Virus record (IMG/VR): IMGVR_UViG_3300044624_001054
Span: 32,001-96,000 of that record
Origin: a virus
Length of the DNA: 64,000 nt
Strand: one strand, 5' to 3'
Part shown: positions 25,777-36,471 of the stretch, piece after piece
Position numbering within the stretch: the stretch's first letter is position 1
How the letters are laid out: each line of letters starts with the position of its first letter
The notes under the pieces: model-generated
The model's database searches: none
What the model was told of the DNA's origin: nothing
Seen by the model: the letters and a program-made list of their open reading frames with translations, nothing else
Made by a program: the position numbers and the translations under genes

Positions 25777-26335
25777 AATTTACCAGATTCTTGTGAGCAT
25801 AATAGGCTAGTCCAAAGGCATCTCCAACATCATTATCTTCTAGATTTATGTTAAACATATTATTGAAATGATCTAAAGTTTTTTGTTTTCTTGTAGTCCT
25901 TGCATAATTTCTATACCAATTGTCTGATTTGCCTGGATTGTCTAGTCTTATCTGAGCCTTCTGAGCCTTTGTTAAATTATTATTGTTAATGTATGACTGC
26001 CATTGTATTGGAGGGACAGTAATAATTCTTTTAGAATCTAGTGCCAGTTCTGAAATCAGAACTCCCACTATCATAGCCATGTGTATCGCTACTGCTTGAG
26101 ACTTTACCATAATGGCTGATTCTATACAAATATAATCGGGCTTTATCTCTTCTTTGATAAACGGCATCTTATCCCTACAGTCAATTACCTTATCGTAGAT
26201 ATTGTTGCCATGAAAATCTATCTTACCCCATTTAATTGGCTTTCCATCAAACAGGCAGAAGGCAAAGGAGTTTGTTGATGAATCTACTCCAAGTACTGTG
26301 CTAGCGTTTTGTTTTATAAGTTTTTTTAGCGACAT
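25769..26335 (-). CDS. ruvC: RuvC-like resolvase
   Basis: LGVDSST, CIE, DNDVGDAFGLA. Confidence 0.75.
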   Translation of the reverse strand: MSLKKLIKQNASTVLGVDSSTNSFAFCLFDGKPIKWGKIDFHGNNIYDKVIDCRDKMPFIKEEIKPDYICIESAIMVKSQAVAIHMAMIVGVLISELALDSKRIITVPPIQWQSYINNNNLTKAQKAQIRLDNPGKSDNWYRNYARTTRKQKTLDHFNNMFNINLEDNDVGDAFGLAYYAHKNLVNYG

Positions 26336-26597
26336 TGTTTATTACCTCTAATATATTTCCACGGCTGTTTTTATTATCCTGATCTACGCAAATAAAGCAT
26401 TTATTATTTTCATTGTATCTGCTTAGTAATTGACCGCAGCCACAGTATCTTTTTTCTCCATTGAGTCTTTTTTTATTTTCATAATACTTACTCATTATCT
26501 TTTTATTTGTTGCTAGTCTACAACAAGCAGGATTACAATACTTTTGGTTCTTTTTATTTGACTCAAAGGGTGTACCGCAGTTAGCACAATTTTTCAC
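26301..26597 (-). CDS. Zinc-finger protein
   Basis: Multiple CxxC motifs. Confidence 0.7.
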   Translation of the reverse strand: MKNCANCGTPFESNKKNQKYCNPACCRLATNKKIMSKYYENKKRLNGEKRYCGCGQLLSRYNENNKCFICVDQDNKNSRGNILEVINNVAKKTYKTKR

Positions 26598-27370
26598 TCT
26601 ACCCCAACCTTAAGGTTAGTTATTTTTAATGTACCTGCATCTTTTTCTAAACAAGTTTCCGATACTGGGCAGCCTTTACATGTCCAGGTAGATTTAGTGT
26701 AACCCCTTTTAGGAATTACATCATCTTTATATGATCGGTATACTTCCTGCATCCAGCCAAAAACATAGTCTATATAGTCTTTATTCTTTTCATTCATTTT
26801 GATGGGAATCGCAAGTAACTCATTGTCATTTTTATTTTCATAAAGAATGAAACCTTCTTCCGCCCCCTCAATCTTCATATAAATTAGTAATTGAAGAAAA
26901 TGACTTGAAGAAGGTACTCCCTCGCCCTTTCTTTGAATGAAATATTGGTCTTTAATTGTTTTGATTTCTCCAATGATTTCTTCATCATTTATCTCCAATA
27001 CTACGTCAGCAAATCCTCTGACGGGAGGGTCTTCACTTTTAATCTCCCGCTCTTTTTGTTTTAATAAACCCGTGCTTTCTATAAGTTTTTCAATTCTTTC
27101 ATGAGCATCTGTACCAGATCTCATAGATGCAATGTTGGCGGCGGGGATATTCTCAGTAAATTCTGCACCGTTAAAGGCTATATACCAATATCTTGCACAA
27201 GTTCCATGACCATATCCAATAGTGCTAGGAGCAAAAGTTTTCTTTTGTTTAAACTCTTTTACCGTATTGGTCTTTTGATATGCAGAGTTTAGCATTTTAA
27301 CAAATTTTTTAGCATCCAGCCTAGTTTCTTTTGGCTGGCTAAGTAATGAAGATATTAGATTTTTAGCCAT
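26594..27370 (-). CDS. Cas4-like PD-(D/E)xK exonuclease
   Basis: CARYW, GTDAH, GFAD..EIKT, QLLIY, CKGCPVSETC. Confidence 0.82.
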   Translation of the reverse strand: MAKNLISSLLSQPKETRLDAKKFVKMLNSAYQKTNTVKEFKQKKTFAPSTIGYGHGTCARYWYIAFNGAEFTENIPAANIASMRSGTDAHERIEKLIESTGLLKQKEREIKSEDPPVRGFADVVLEINDEEIIGEIKTIKDQYFIQRKGEGVPSSSHFLQLLIYMKIEGAEEGFILYENKNDNELLAIPIKMNEKNKDYIDYVFGWMQEVYRSYKDDVIPKRGYTKSTWTCKGCPVSETCLEKDAGTLKITNLKVGVE

Positions 27371-27372
27371 AA

Positions 27373-27705
27373 TTAACCTAGATTATACCTTACTGTATAT
27401 TTGAGCGAGTCTACTAATTTATCTAGAGCCTCTTTAGTTGAATAATATATATTCTTTTTAATATTGTTTGGAGAACCTGTAGGACCCTTTGCTGCCGTTG
27501 AATACCATGCTGCTAGAATTCCAAACTTAGCAGACAAAGCCTGCAGTTTTGCGATTAAAGTAAGTGCCTGAACAGGAGGAATATCTGGCTTTGAAATAAT
27601 TTTTACAATGGCAGCCATCGCCTCATCTAGTCCGTCATCGCCTACAAAATCATGAATGTCAGCGAACTCTGATACCTGATTGATTAAATCAATTGTGTTT
27701 TCCAT
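27373..27705 (-). CDS. Hypothetical protein
   Basis: ORF track; GGAGG RBS. Confidence 0.7.
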   Translation of the reverse strand: MENTIDLINQVSEFADIHDFVGDDGLDEAMAAIVKIISKPDIPPVQALTLIAKLQALSAKFGILAAWYSTAAKGPTGSPNNIKKNIYYSTKEALDKLVDSLKYTVRYNLG

Positions 27706-27997
27706 CTAATTCCTCCAATAACTCTTCAAGTACTTCCCACTCAATAACGGCAAGTCTAGTTTTTCTACCGCCACTTCCTATTACAGCCATAAGTAAAGGA
27801 TTTTTTTTATTATCTGTTCTCAGGCAATCTGTAACTATCTTTGCCCACATATCTTCACTTAAAGATAGAGACTTCCCATATTCTTTTACATCTACTACAA
27901 ATCTAGGCAGATTTCCATCGGCCTTTTGATATTGCCCCCGACCGCTATTTTTATGAGACTTAGCACCCATTCTTCTAAGTTCTGATCGCTCACTCAT
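27689..27997 (-). CDS. PD-(D/E)xK Holliday junction resolvase-like nuclease
   Basis: E.....SG...KAD...DVK pattern. Confidence 0.6.
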   Translation of the reverse strand: MSERSELRRMGAKSHKNSGRGQYQKADGNLPRFVVDVKEYGKSLSLSEDMWAKIVTDCLRTDNKKNPLLMAVIGSGGRKTRLAVIEWEVLEELLEELDGKHN

Positions 27998-28187
27998 AAA
28001 CTAATCTAGCGCTTCCATCATGACCATTGGGGCAGGTCCAATAAACTTTCTTATTTGATGAATCATACATACCTGTGGTCGCCACTTCAAAGCAGCCTTG
28101 CTCTGGGCAAGAGAATGACCCACCTATTTCTTTAAACTTTGCATTAGATTTACTTGGAGCAGTAATAAAAGCCTTAGGGTCAATCAT
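27990..28187 (-). CDS. Small zinc-binding protein
   Basis: C...C and CPNGH. Confidence 0.6.
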   Translation of the reverse strand: MIDPKAFITAPSKSNAKFKEIGGSFSCPEQGCFEVATTGMYDSSNKKVYWTCPNGHDGSARLVYE

Positions 28188-29191
28188 ATTTTTTCATAAA
28201 CCAATCTAGTTAATTCTTCCTGCATGTCAAGATCCTCTCTGGCTCTTGCAATAACATTAGCACGGCCTTGGATTCTTTCACCTAAAACAGTATACCAGGC
28301 ACCACCGCGCTCAATAATTCCAAGCATTTCAGCGGTGTCTACTAGGTCAGCGACACTGTCTACACCTACATGATTCCCTTGGAAGTAAAAATCATACGAT
28401 CCTGTAATAAACTGTGGGCCAGTCTTGTTATAGTCAATGGTCCAATTAACTGGTCTTCCAACCTTCTGCTCAATTAACTTATCACCGACAGAAATTTTAT
28501 CCTTGATTGATGAGGCTTCTGCTTCACTAGACCACAATTTAATGATAGTACTAGAGAAAAACTTTACAGCCATTCCTCCAGTAGGAATATGGCTAGCGTG
28601 CATTGATCCAAATTGATTTCTTTGCTGAGAGATAAGTATCAGCAGGGTCTTATCGTTTACATAATTTAACATCTTTACAGCATGGGTCATATCTTTTGCT
28701 TCCGCACCAATTTGTTTAGTATCTTGCAGTTGTTTAAGTTCTGACCCATCTTTTTCAAAGTAGATCGCTGGTAGTAGTGCAGAAATAGAATCTACAACTA
28801 GAAGATCTACTCCTGACTGAATAAGTTGAGTGCCAATATCAACCATTTCATTAATTGTTTTAGCGGGGGAGTAGATCAAGGATCGTGAGTCTACACCTAA
28901 CTTTTCTGCCCATTCTGGAGAGTAGGACTGCTCTGAGTCTATCCAAGCACATAGTTTACCCTCTTTCTGTGCTTGTGCAATAATTTGTAGGCAAAATGAT
29001 GACTTACCAGCCGACTTATTGCCCCAGATAAGTACCTGTCTGCCATAAGCAAGGCCTCCTTTTAACGCTGTGTTCAAGGATAGGCTTGGTGTTTTCTGCT
29101 TATGTATTTCTACGTCAGCGGCGCTTCCTACCATCTTTCTTATTTTTGGGTCTAGCCTGGATAGAACTTCCTCCATCATCATGTCGCTCAT
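28184..29191 (-). CDS. recA: RecA/UvsX-like recombinase
   Basis: GNKSAGKSS, WIDSE, LVVDSISAL, TGGMAVKFFSS, GAWY. Confidence 0.92.
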   Translation of the reverse strand: MSDMMMEEVLSRLDPKIRKMVGSAADVEIHKQKTPSLSLNTALKGGLAYGRQVLIWGNKSAGKSSFCLQIIAQAQKEGKLCAWIDSEQSYSPEWAEKLGVDSRSLIYSPAKTINEMVDIGTQLIQSGVDLLVVDSISALLPAIYFEKDGSELKQLQDTKQIGAEAKDMTHAVKMLNYVNDKTLLILISQQRNQFGSMHASHIPTGGMAVKFFSSTIIKLWSSEAEASSIKDKISVGDKLIEQKVGRPVNWTIDYNKTGPQFITGSYDFYFQGNHVGVDSVADLVDTAEMLGIIERGGAWYTVLGERIQGRANVIARAREDLDMQEELTRLVYEKI

Positions 29192-29345
29192 TAAAATGAT
29201 TCTCCAATACTTCCGCTAATTCTTTTACGCTCTCATGTCTGGAACGTTTTAATGTGTCTATAATTTGTATTATTGCATCTTCATCATGCCCACGAATTAC
29301 CATAAGTTTTTCTCCGTCTGAGCCATGAAGAAAGTAAGCCTTCAT
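29115..29345 (-). CDS. Hypothetical protein
   Basis: Start MKAYFLHG within the track ORF. Confidence 0.55.
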   Translation of the reverse strand: MKAYFLHGSDGEKLMVIRGHDEDAIIQIIDTLKRSRHESVKELAEVLENHFNERHDDGGSSIQARPKNKKDGRKRR

Positions 29346-29349
29346 TATA

Positions 29350-29688
29350 TCATCCACGAACGCCATGCAGCCTTGGGCGATCTTGATTAACAATGGATTT
29401 TTTCATAAGAACTTCATCTAGAGATGGCAGTTCCCCCGAATAAAGTTTAATACCTTTATATAAATCTAAGGTTCTAATAATAAGATCTGCAATTTCTTCC
29501 ACCACCGCTTGATCACCCTTGTCTTTCCTCAGGGCTTCTAGGATTTCTGTAGCCTCTGAATGGATCATAGCGATCTGCTTTGAGTAAAAGATAAAAAAGT
29601 CTTGCTCTTGCATTCTAGATAGTGGTTCCCAGAATCCTTTTTGCTCTGCGGTATGGTGAAGTCTATCTGCCAATGTATCTAAATTCAT
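29350..29688 (-). CDS. MazG-like nucleotide pyrophosphohydrolase
   Basis: HSEATEILEALRK...EEIADLIIR..D. Confidence 0.75.
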   Translation of the reverse strand: MNLDTLADRLHHTAEQKGFWEPLSRMQEQDFFIFYSKQIAMIHSEATEILEALRKDKGDQAVVEEIADLIIRTLDLYKGIKLYSGELPSLDEVLMKKSIVNQDRPRLHGVRG

Positions 29689-32600
29689 CTTATAAAACCT
29701 TTTAATGTAGTAGCGCCAGCGGCAGTTTCTCCAAATATTGGGCGGCAATTAGTTCCTGGCTTCATCTTTGCAATTGCCTCTGCATACATAGTGGGAAAAA
29801 TTACTATGGATATGAGATCTTTATCTTCGTTGGCGAGAACAGCATTAGCCATCTTGTCGCCCTTCTTAGTCTTTCTAGGTTCCATATCTACAACAAAATA
29901 TTCTTCTGGACCTAGAACCATAGTCTTTGCCTTTAGAAATTGTACAAAAGAATTGTTAGAAGAGTCAAGAGAATCTGGGGTAAGGTAAGAAAGAATCCTG
30001 TTATCAGATATTAGAAAGATGTACATCTTACCAGGCTCAATTACTGTGTCCTGATTATGGAAAACTCCAACGCTTCCCGTCTTATCTACAATTTCTACCC
30101 TGCTCCAGCCATCGCCTCGCTTAATAGATTTCACCATACCCATAACAATAAAGGCTCCGCTTTCATCATATTCTTCTAAAGGTCTAAAGTATGACTCTAC
30201 CCAGCGAGGAATATTAGTAACAAACTCTGGAATATTAAGGTACTCGTACAGATATTCTCGCTCGTTACCCGACCTGGGATTGTCATCAAATGCCGCAGCA
30301 CCGATTCTATTAAGCCCTTCAATCGCCCTGCTATTTACGCCAGATCCCTTTTTACTTGTGAATTCTGTGAATTCTTTATAGGAACTGAATGGCCTTTTAG
30401 CAATAATCTTCTTAGAGATTCCCTCAGACAGGTACTTAATGTTGCCTAGGCCAAATCGAATGGCGTCACCCTCTAGAGTGAAGTCTTCTCCAGACTCATT
30501 GATGTGAGGTAGACGAATCTTAATATTCATTCTCTTAGCCTCAATTAGATAGTCTGTCCTTTTGTCTTTATCTAATTCATTCTTTAGTAGCGAGAACATG
30601 AACTCAGTTGGATAGTACCTCTTTAGCCAAGCCGTCCAATAAGATAGCGTAGAATAGGCAACAGCGTGACTCTTATTAAAGGAGTATCCAGCATGGGCCT
30701 CAAACATATGCCAGAGTTTTTCCGCTGACTCCTTAGAGATGTGCTTAGAAGCGCCAGAAATAAACTTATCCTTGAACTGGTCGAATTCTTTTGCATCCTT
30801 CTTCTTTCCAATGATCTTACGAACTTTATCTGCTTCTGTCATTGTCATTCCACCAAGATAGACGCAGGCCTGCATAACTTGCTCTTGGTACAGAATACAT
30901 CCATAGGTATCCTCAGTAAACTCTTTAAGAATAGGATGTAGATAGGACACCGCCTGACGCCCCTTCTTTCTCTTAATATAATCAGCACCAATAGTATTCA
31001 TAGCACCAGGACGAACCAGCGCATTAGAAGCGGCTAGTTCATTTAGATTACTAACACCCATTTTAATTATAAGGTTTGTGTATGGAGTTGCTTCTGCTTG
31101 GAACACACCCTTAGTAAACCCTGCGCTTAAGTCAGCGTATACCTCTGGATCATCCATAGGAATCTTATTAAGATCAATTTCTATCCCCTTGCGATCCTTG
31201 ATACTATTAATGGTATCTTTTACTACCGTCAAGGTTTTAAGTCCTAGAGCATCGATCTTGATTAGACCAATTTCAGCAGCCTGATCCATATCCACGGCGA
31301 CCACAGGAATTCTATTATCGCTATGGGCATCTTTTCTAGTTTCAATAGGGGCATACGATGAGATATCTGTCTTAGATGTAACGATTCCAGCAGCGTGCAA
31401 ACCAGTACCACGAATTCTGCCACGGAGTTTGTCGGCATACTTTACTACCTCTGGGTACCTCTCTCTGAAATCTTTGGCCCCTGGCGTACGGATAAATTCT
31501 TCCCATGTCTCAATACCCTTCAATGCTTTATTTACCTCTGAGAGTGGGATGTTAAAGGCTCTAGCAACGTCCCTAACAACACCCTTATCTCTAAAAGTAT
31601 TAAACGTTGCGATAGAAGCAACATGCTTATACTCTTCAATTAGATACTCTTTTACTTCTCCACGACGGCGATCTTCATAGTCTGTATCGATATCGGGGAA
31701 ATCATTTCTGTCTGGGTTAATGAATCGGAAGAACAATAGATTATGTTCAATAGGGTCCACCTCTGTAATACCTAAAGCATAACAAATTAAACTTCCTGCT
31801 GCCGACCCACGCCCAGGACCAACCAAAATACCTTGTGTCTTAGCCCAATTAATCATGTTTGCAACGACTATAAAGTAAGAGGCAAAGTTCTTCTGCTTAA
31901 TAATCTCTAACTCTTCTTTGGCACGATCTAAGTATTCTAATTCAATAAGTTCACGACTTCTAAGACCATCCATAACACGCTGCCTTAATTCTGCGTCGGG
32001 GTCTTGATGACTTACTGGAAGAAGATCTACGCCAAATTTAATATCATAGGGCTGGATCTTATCACTTATTTCAACACTATTCTCATAGATATCTTCTCGG
32101 TCGATTCCTTGGGCAAGCATTCTATCTTTAACGTCCTGATATCCCATAAGCCAAATATCTAAATCCTTAAATGACATTTGCCTTTCGCCGTAAATGTATT
32201 CTAGTCTCTCTAGAAGATCCTTAATCTTACGGCTTTTATTAAAGTCTGCATCCTTAAGAACCTTAGGGTGAGTGCCCAGGATAAGCATGATTTCTTCTGC
32301 AATCCTGTCTTCTGGGGAAGCGAAATGACAGTCTAGTGTAACTACAGGCTTAATACTCAACCTGTCAGCCAGATTCAAAAGGGAATGATTCAAGGATGCA
32401 GGATTGTGCGGCTGAATTTCCATATAGAAATCATCACCGTATACGTCTTTAAACCACTTTGCATATTGTACCGCTGCCGCCTCATTGTCATTCTCAATGG
32501 CCTTTGAAATCATTCCATTCATGCAGCCAGAAAGTATAACTAGGTCTGATCCAAACTTTTCTAGCATATCAAAGTCGGTACGCGGCTTAATGAAAAAGCC

Positions 32601-32942
32601 TTCTTCCCAGGCGTTTTCTGATAAACGATTAAGATTGTTTAGGCCGTTATCATTCTTAGCCAAAATGATCAAATGGTTGTAGATCTGATCATCGGGAGTT
32701 CTTTCCTTGCGAGATCTCTTGTCTAGTCTGTCGGTAGTAAAGTAAGCCTCTAGTCCAAGGATAGGCTTAATGCCATGATCCTTACCAGCCTTTACCATCT
32801 CTCTATGTCCGCTTAGAGTGCCATGATCTGTAACACTAAGGGCAGTCATACCAACCTCTGCTGCCCTTTTGATCAATTCCTCTGGCGACGAGTACCCGTC
32901 TAGAAGAGAATAAAATGAATGTGAATGATGGTTATGAAACAT
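29685..32942 (-). CDS. dnaE: DNA polymerase III alpha subunit
   Basis: PHP domain HSHSFYSLLDG/TDHG, GPGRGSAAGS, PDIDTD, HAAG, YSFNKSHA. Confidence 0.96.
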   Translation of the reverse strand: MFHNHHSHSFYSLLDGYSSPEELIKRAAEVGMTALSVTDHGTLSGHREMVKAGKDHGIKPILGLEAYFTTDRLDKRSRKERTPDDQIYNHLIILAKNDNGLNNLNRLSENAWEEGFFIKPRTDFDMLEKFGSDLVILSGCMNGMISKAIENDNEAAAVQYAKWFKDVYGDDFYMEIQPHNPASLNHSLLNLADRLSIKPVVTLDCHFASPEDRIAEEIMLILGTHPKVLKDADFNKSRKIKDLLERLEYIYGERQMSFKDLDIWLMGYQDVKDRMLAQGIDREDIYENSVEISDKIQPYDIKFGVDLLPVSHQDPDAELRQRVMDGLRSRELIELEYLDRAKEELEIIKQKNFASYFIVVANMINWAKTQGILVGPGRGSAAGSLICYALGITEVDPIEHNLLFFRFINPDRNDFPDIDTDYEDRRRGEVKEYLIEEYKHVASIATFNTFRDKGVVRDVARAFNIPLSEVNKALKGIETWEEFIRTPGAKDFRERYPEVVKYADKLRGRIRGTGLHAAGIVTSKTDISSYAPIETRKDAHSDNRIPVVAVDMDQAAEIGLIKIDALGLKTLTVVKDTINSIKDRKGIEIDLNKIPMDDPEVYADLSAGFTKGVFQAEATPYTNLIIKMGVSNLNELAASNALVRPGAMNTIGADYIKRKKGRQAVSYLHPILKEFTEDTYGCILYQEQVMQACVYLGGMTMTEADKVRKIIGKKKDAKEFDQFKDKFISGASKHISKESAEKLWHMFEAHAGYSFNKSHAVAYSTLSYWTAWLKRYYPTEFMFSLLKNELDKDKRTDYLIEAKRMNIKIRLPHINESGEDFTLEGDAIRFGLGNIKYLSEGISKKIIAKRPFSSYKEFTEFTSKKGSGVNSRAIEGLNRIGAAAFDDNPRSGNEREYLYEYLNIPEFVTNIPRWVESYFRPLEEYDESGAFIVMGMVKSIKRGDGWSRVEIVDKTGSVGVFHNQDTVIEPGKMYIFLISDNRILSYLTPDSLDSSNNSFVQFLKAKTMVLGPEEYFVVDMEPRKTKKGDKMANAVLANEDKDLISIVIFPTMYAEAIAKMKPGTNCRPIFGETAAGATTLKGFIR

Positions 32943-32957
32943 TTGTCTCCAATAATA

Positions 32958-32990
32958 AGTAGGCAGTAGGAGTATATCCTACTGCCTACT
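32958..32990 (-). terminator. 14-bp hairpin between SSB and dnaE
   Basis: AGTAGGCAGTAGGA/TCCTACTGCCTACT. Confidence 0.6.
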
Positions 32991-33006
32991 CAACGATCAA
33001 TATTAT

Positions 33007-33660
33007 TTACCAATCAACTGATGTGGTTGAACTAGTGTCTACGTCTAGCCCCATGTAGAAGGCTTCCTGATCTGGATATGATACCTGGCGAACTGCTACC
33101 TTCTCAAGTTCAAAAGGCTCAACGCCTGACCAATCAAACTTCTCTGTGTCTGGTGCGAGGGGAATAAGGGTATAACTTGTCTGAGTACCCGTTCCTGAGC
33201 GCTTGAGACGCCATTGAAGGTTGGTAATTGACTGAGTATCACCAGCATACTCAATGAGAATATTCGTGGCTGGAGACTTCTGACCGACGCCCTGAGACCA
33301 TACAGCAACATACTGATCTGTACCGTCATCTACAAGAACATTCGTGTAAAAGCGTAGGCGAGACTTCCATCCAACCTTAGGATCTTTACGGTGCATTTCA
33401 CAGCCAAAGCATCGACCCTCATCGTCTAGGCTACAAAGCCCCTTGCGACGGTAATCCTTTGGGTTAGTATGCTCTGCCACAACAATGGCAAGCCCACGAC
33501 CCTTATCATAATGCGGTGAGTCTGGATCTAGTTCATTAACAAAACGAATTTTAACGCTCTGACCATCTTCTAACTTGAGCCAGCGTGCGCGGGAGCCTTC
33601 TTCCACTTGGGGGCGCTCCATCTTACTCTTGATATTCTTCAAACCTGTAATAACTGACAT
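33007..33660 (-). CDS. Single-stranded DNA-binding protein (gp32-like)
   Basis: WLKLEDGQSVKIRF, Zn ligands, KRSGTGTQTSY, acidic/aromatic C-terminus; lies between primase and polymerase. Confidence 0.7.
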   Translation of the reverse strand: MSVITGLKNIKSKMERPQVEEGSRARWLKLEDGQSVKIRFVNELDPDSPHYDKGRGLAIVVAEHTNPKDYRRKGLCSLDDEGRCFGCEMHRKDPKVGWKSRLRFYTNVLVDDGTDQYVAVWSQGVGQKSPATNILIEYAGDTQSITNLQWRLKRSGTGTQTSYTLIPLAPDTEKFDWSGVEPFELEKVAVRQVSYPDQEAFYMGLDVDTSSTTSVDW

Positions 33661-33709
33661 GATGTTTCTCCTAAAAGTATTTGACCCTATAAGTGGATCG
33701 ATGAATATA

Positions 33710-34660
33710 TTATACCGCTAATATTAAAGTATTTCCAGAGTATTTATTAAATAAATCCTTCATTTCTTGGTCAGACAAATCCCCTACGTCTTTAGCCTTA
33801 GTAAGAGATACTACTTCTACTATTTTGTTTTTAACTCCACCAACTATTCTTTCCACCATTTTTTTACCAGCGTCGTCTGAGTCTGGACAAACAATTATAC
33901 TCTTTGCATACTGTTGTAGCAAATGAATTTGAGTTCTACTTACTGTAGCCCCAAGGGTTGCAACAGCATTAAAACCTGATTGATTTAGACGAATCGCATC
34001 AAAAGAGGACTCAACTACGATTATCGATGATCTCTTAACTTTATTTAAGTTAAATAGCACCTTGCTCTTAGGTAGTCCAACGCTATTCTTAAATGACTTT
34101 CCTTCTACTGATCTCGCCACAAATCCTAGGCATCTATTAAATTCATCAAATACTGGAACAACGACCATATCTTGCTTGTCTGAGTATCCTAGTTTAAAGT
34201 CAATAAACGACTGATGGTTAATATTTCTTGAGTAGAAGTATTCTTTAGCCCGTTGGCTTTCTAGTAAATTATTATGAAGTCTGTTGATTGTATCGATATC
34301 AAACTCTGGGTGATCTAAAGAGGTGTCTATTGTTTCAGATACTACGCGCTCAATATCTACTGAATCTCTTTTTGAATGTATTATCCTACTGGCCTCAAAG
34401 TAATTTCTATTTGTAGTCCTCATTACCATGTCGATGATAGAGCCAGATTCGCCACATGAAAAGCAGATAAACATTCCATTGTTCTTATCTACTTCACAAG
34501 CGGGAGTATGTATATTGTAATGGAATGGACAGAATATAAGGAAGTGTGTGTCAATTTCCCCGCCGACTTTAATATCACAGGATTGTAGAATCGATGCTAT
34601 TTGTCCCGATGTGTAGTATTCATCGGAATTAGATTGTTTCCGCTTACCGCTAGATAGCAT
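33710..34660 (-). CDS. DNA primase (CHC2 Zn finger + TOPRIM)
   Basis: CPFH..CFSC, VVESSFDA, PDSDDAG, KDVGD. Confidence 0.88.
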   Translation of the reverse strand: MLSSGKRKQSNSDEYYTSGQIASILQSCDIKVGGEIDTHFLIFCPFHYNIHTPACEVDKNNGMFICFSCGESGSIIDMVMRTTNRNYFEASRIIHSKRDSVDIERVVSETIDTSLDHPEFDIDTINRLHNNLLESQRAKEYFYSRNINHQSFIDFKLGYSDKQDMVVVPVFDEFNRCLGFVARSVEGKSFKNSVGLPKSKVLFNLNKVKRSSIIVVESSFDAIRLNQSGFNAVATLGATVSRTQIHLLQQYAKSIIVCPDSDDAGKKMVERIVGGVKNKIVEVVSLTKAKDVGDLSDQEMKDLFNKYSGNTLILAV

Positions 34661-34899
34661 TGTGCTTTAGACCTTCCAACATATACTCCATATATTGTTA
34701 ACAAGAATGTGTACTTATCTTCCTTGTATTCTAGACTAAACGCTGGGTCTATGTCAAGGTGGGGGACATATCCATTTGATCTCATCATATCTACAAGGAT
34801 AGTTTCATATCTTTCTCTGACACTAGGAATGGCTGAGTCATCCTCTATGAGGCCATCAATATGAAATTCTTTTATTCTTTTGTGTCCCACAAACGACAT
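34597..34899 (-). CDS. Hypothetical protein, leaderless start
   Basis: CGGTATAAT 6 nt before the ATG. Confidence 0.7.
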   Translation of the reverse strand: MSFVGHKRIKEFHIDGLIEDDSAIPSVRERYETILVDMMRSNGYVPHLDIDPAFSLEYKEDKYTFLLTIYGVYVGRSKAQCYLAVSGNNLIPMNTTHRDK

Positions 34900-34922
34900 A
34901 ATTATATTATACCGTTTGTTAA

Positions 34923-36146
34923 CTATTCAATTGGATCTAATATTTCTTTAAACGTTCCTTTATCAAAGTCTATTTCTAGATAGAAGTCACCCATGTATCC
35001 ATGACGATTCTTTCTAAATGCTGCCTCTAGAATATCTGAGTTAGCCTTACGCCCCATACTTAAAACCCAATCAGCATCATATGCAATTTGTCGTGACCAT
35101 GCAACCTGACCAAGTTGTGGCACAGATTCTAGATCAGTAGAATCATCTGGAGTTGCTGACGCAATTGCAAGAATTGGTGTCTGCTGAGAGATAGCAAGAA
35201 GTTTTAATTCTCTAGATAGATTCTTAATCTTTACTGTTTCATTCTGAGAAGTTCCAGCATTATCTGTCATCAACTGCAGGTAGTCCACAATAACAATGTC
35301 TGGCTGGTATTGATCTATCTTAGAGGCAATAAGGTTAGGTGTCATCTCTGCACCAGTATCATTAGAAATAATTTTAAAAGGCTGCTTATTATTCAGAGTT
35401 TTATCCGCCCATAGTTTAAACTCATTGTCATCTACTCTGCCTGCACTAAGTGCGCGATGACTAAAAAATCCATCTCCAATAATTGTAAAGATTCTATTAC
35501 GAACCTCATACTCAGTCATTTCAAGGCTGATAACCATAGGCTTGTACCCATGCTTCCAGGCCTGTACTGCAAAGTACAATGCCAGCCAAGACTTTCCGAT
35601 GGCTGGATAGGCGAGCAAGATCCCTAACTGACCTTTAGCAATACCCATAGGAAGGCATACGTCAAACGATGTGATATCTGTTTTGATACCCACCTCACCA
35701 TTCTCCGCAGACTTTCTTGTCTTCTCAAAATAGGCCAAAGCATTATCTACATCTGTTACATCGATATCTCTAACCTTGGCTCCAATGCGAGCCATCTTTG
35801 CAACATCCTTAGAGAGTTCTTGAAGCGCTTTAGTTGTCTCGTTTTCATTTACCATCTGAGCAGTTCTACGCAAAGAAAGTCTAATAGATTCGTCTAGGTA
35901 TGCTTGACGCAACTTATCCATATGATAAACGGTTGGCCCAGACTCTACTGCATCAAAATCACGGAACCGCGTAGTAATGAGGCTGGCGTCTGGGACCTCT
36001 CTAGTTTGATCATAGTAATCTTTAATGAAGAGCCAAATGTCAGAGCAGTCTTTTATAAGTTCATCAGCATTGCTATCAAACATCACATGAATATCTTTGT
36101 TTTTACATACTGATGAAATAACCTCTATCTCTTCAAGATAGGCCAT
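34923..36146 (-). CDS. dnaB: DnaB-like replicative helicase
   Basis: AYPAIGKS, SLEM, IVDYLQLM, SRELKLLA, IAYDAD, KNRHG. Confidence 0.92.
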   Translation of the reverse strand: MAYLEEIEVISSVCKNKDIHVMFDSNADELIKDCSDIWLFIKDYYDQTREVPDASLITTRFRDFDAVESGPTVYHMDKLRQAYLDESIRLSLRRTAQMVNENETTKALQELSKDVAKMARIGAKVRDIDVTDVDNALAYFEKTRKSAENGEVGIKTDITSFDVCLPMGIAKGQLGILLAYPAIGKSWLALYFAVQAWKHGYKPMVISLEMTEYEVRNRIFTIIGDGFFSHRALSAGRVDDNEFKLWADKTLNNKQPFKIISNDTGAEMTPNLIASKIDQYQPDIVIVDYLQLMTDNAGTSQNETVKIKNLSRELKLLAISQQTPILAIASATPDDSTDLESVPQLGQVAWSRQIAYDADWVLSMGRKANSDILEAAFRKNRHGYMGDFYLEIDFDKGTFKEILDPIE

Positions 36147-36471
36147 TTAAATACTCCGCTCTTAGTTGACGAGTTTTCTCTCTTGACTCCGCCCTGATTC
36201 TATCATCTTTTTCTGAGGACAGTCTAGATAAATGTATAGTAGAAAAATTATTATAGAACCATGACAAAGAGTGACCCTCACGGCTTGTTTTGAAATAAAA
36301 AGTAAGTGTTTTACACACTTCATCTCTGCCAAAGTCTTCGACAAGTGAGGACATACCCCACTTTTCCTTATACTTATTTAGGACGGGGCTCTGCCCATAC
36401 TTTATCCTATATAGACCAGAGTAATCTGACAATAATGAATATGCTTCTTTATCGCTTTTACTTGCTGCCAC
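36133..36471 (-). CDS. Hypothetical protein upstream of the helicase
   Basis: ORF track; coupled. Confidence 0.7.
   Translation of the reverse strand: MAASKSDKEAYSLLSDYSGLYRIKYGQSPVLNKYKEKWGMSSLVEDFGRDEVCKTLTFYFKTSREGHSLSWFYNNFSTIHLSRLSSEKDDRIRAESREKTRQLRAEYLNGLS

Noticed and set aside
26594-27370. Cas4-like gene as evidence of a CRISPR system
   Set aside because: No repeat-spacer array or other cas genes were seen; solo Cas4-like nucleases are common in phage recombination modules.
22492-36146. Inteins or introns in terL, recA, dnaE or the helicase
   Set aside because: Lengths are ordinary and the motifs are contiguous; no splice-junction motifs were seen.
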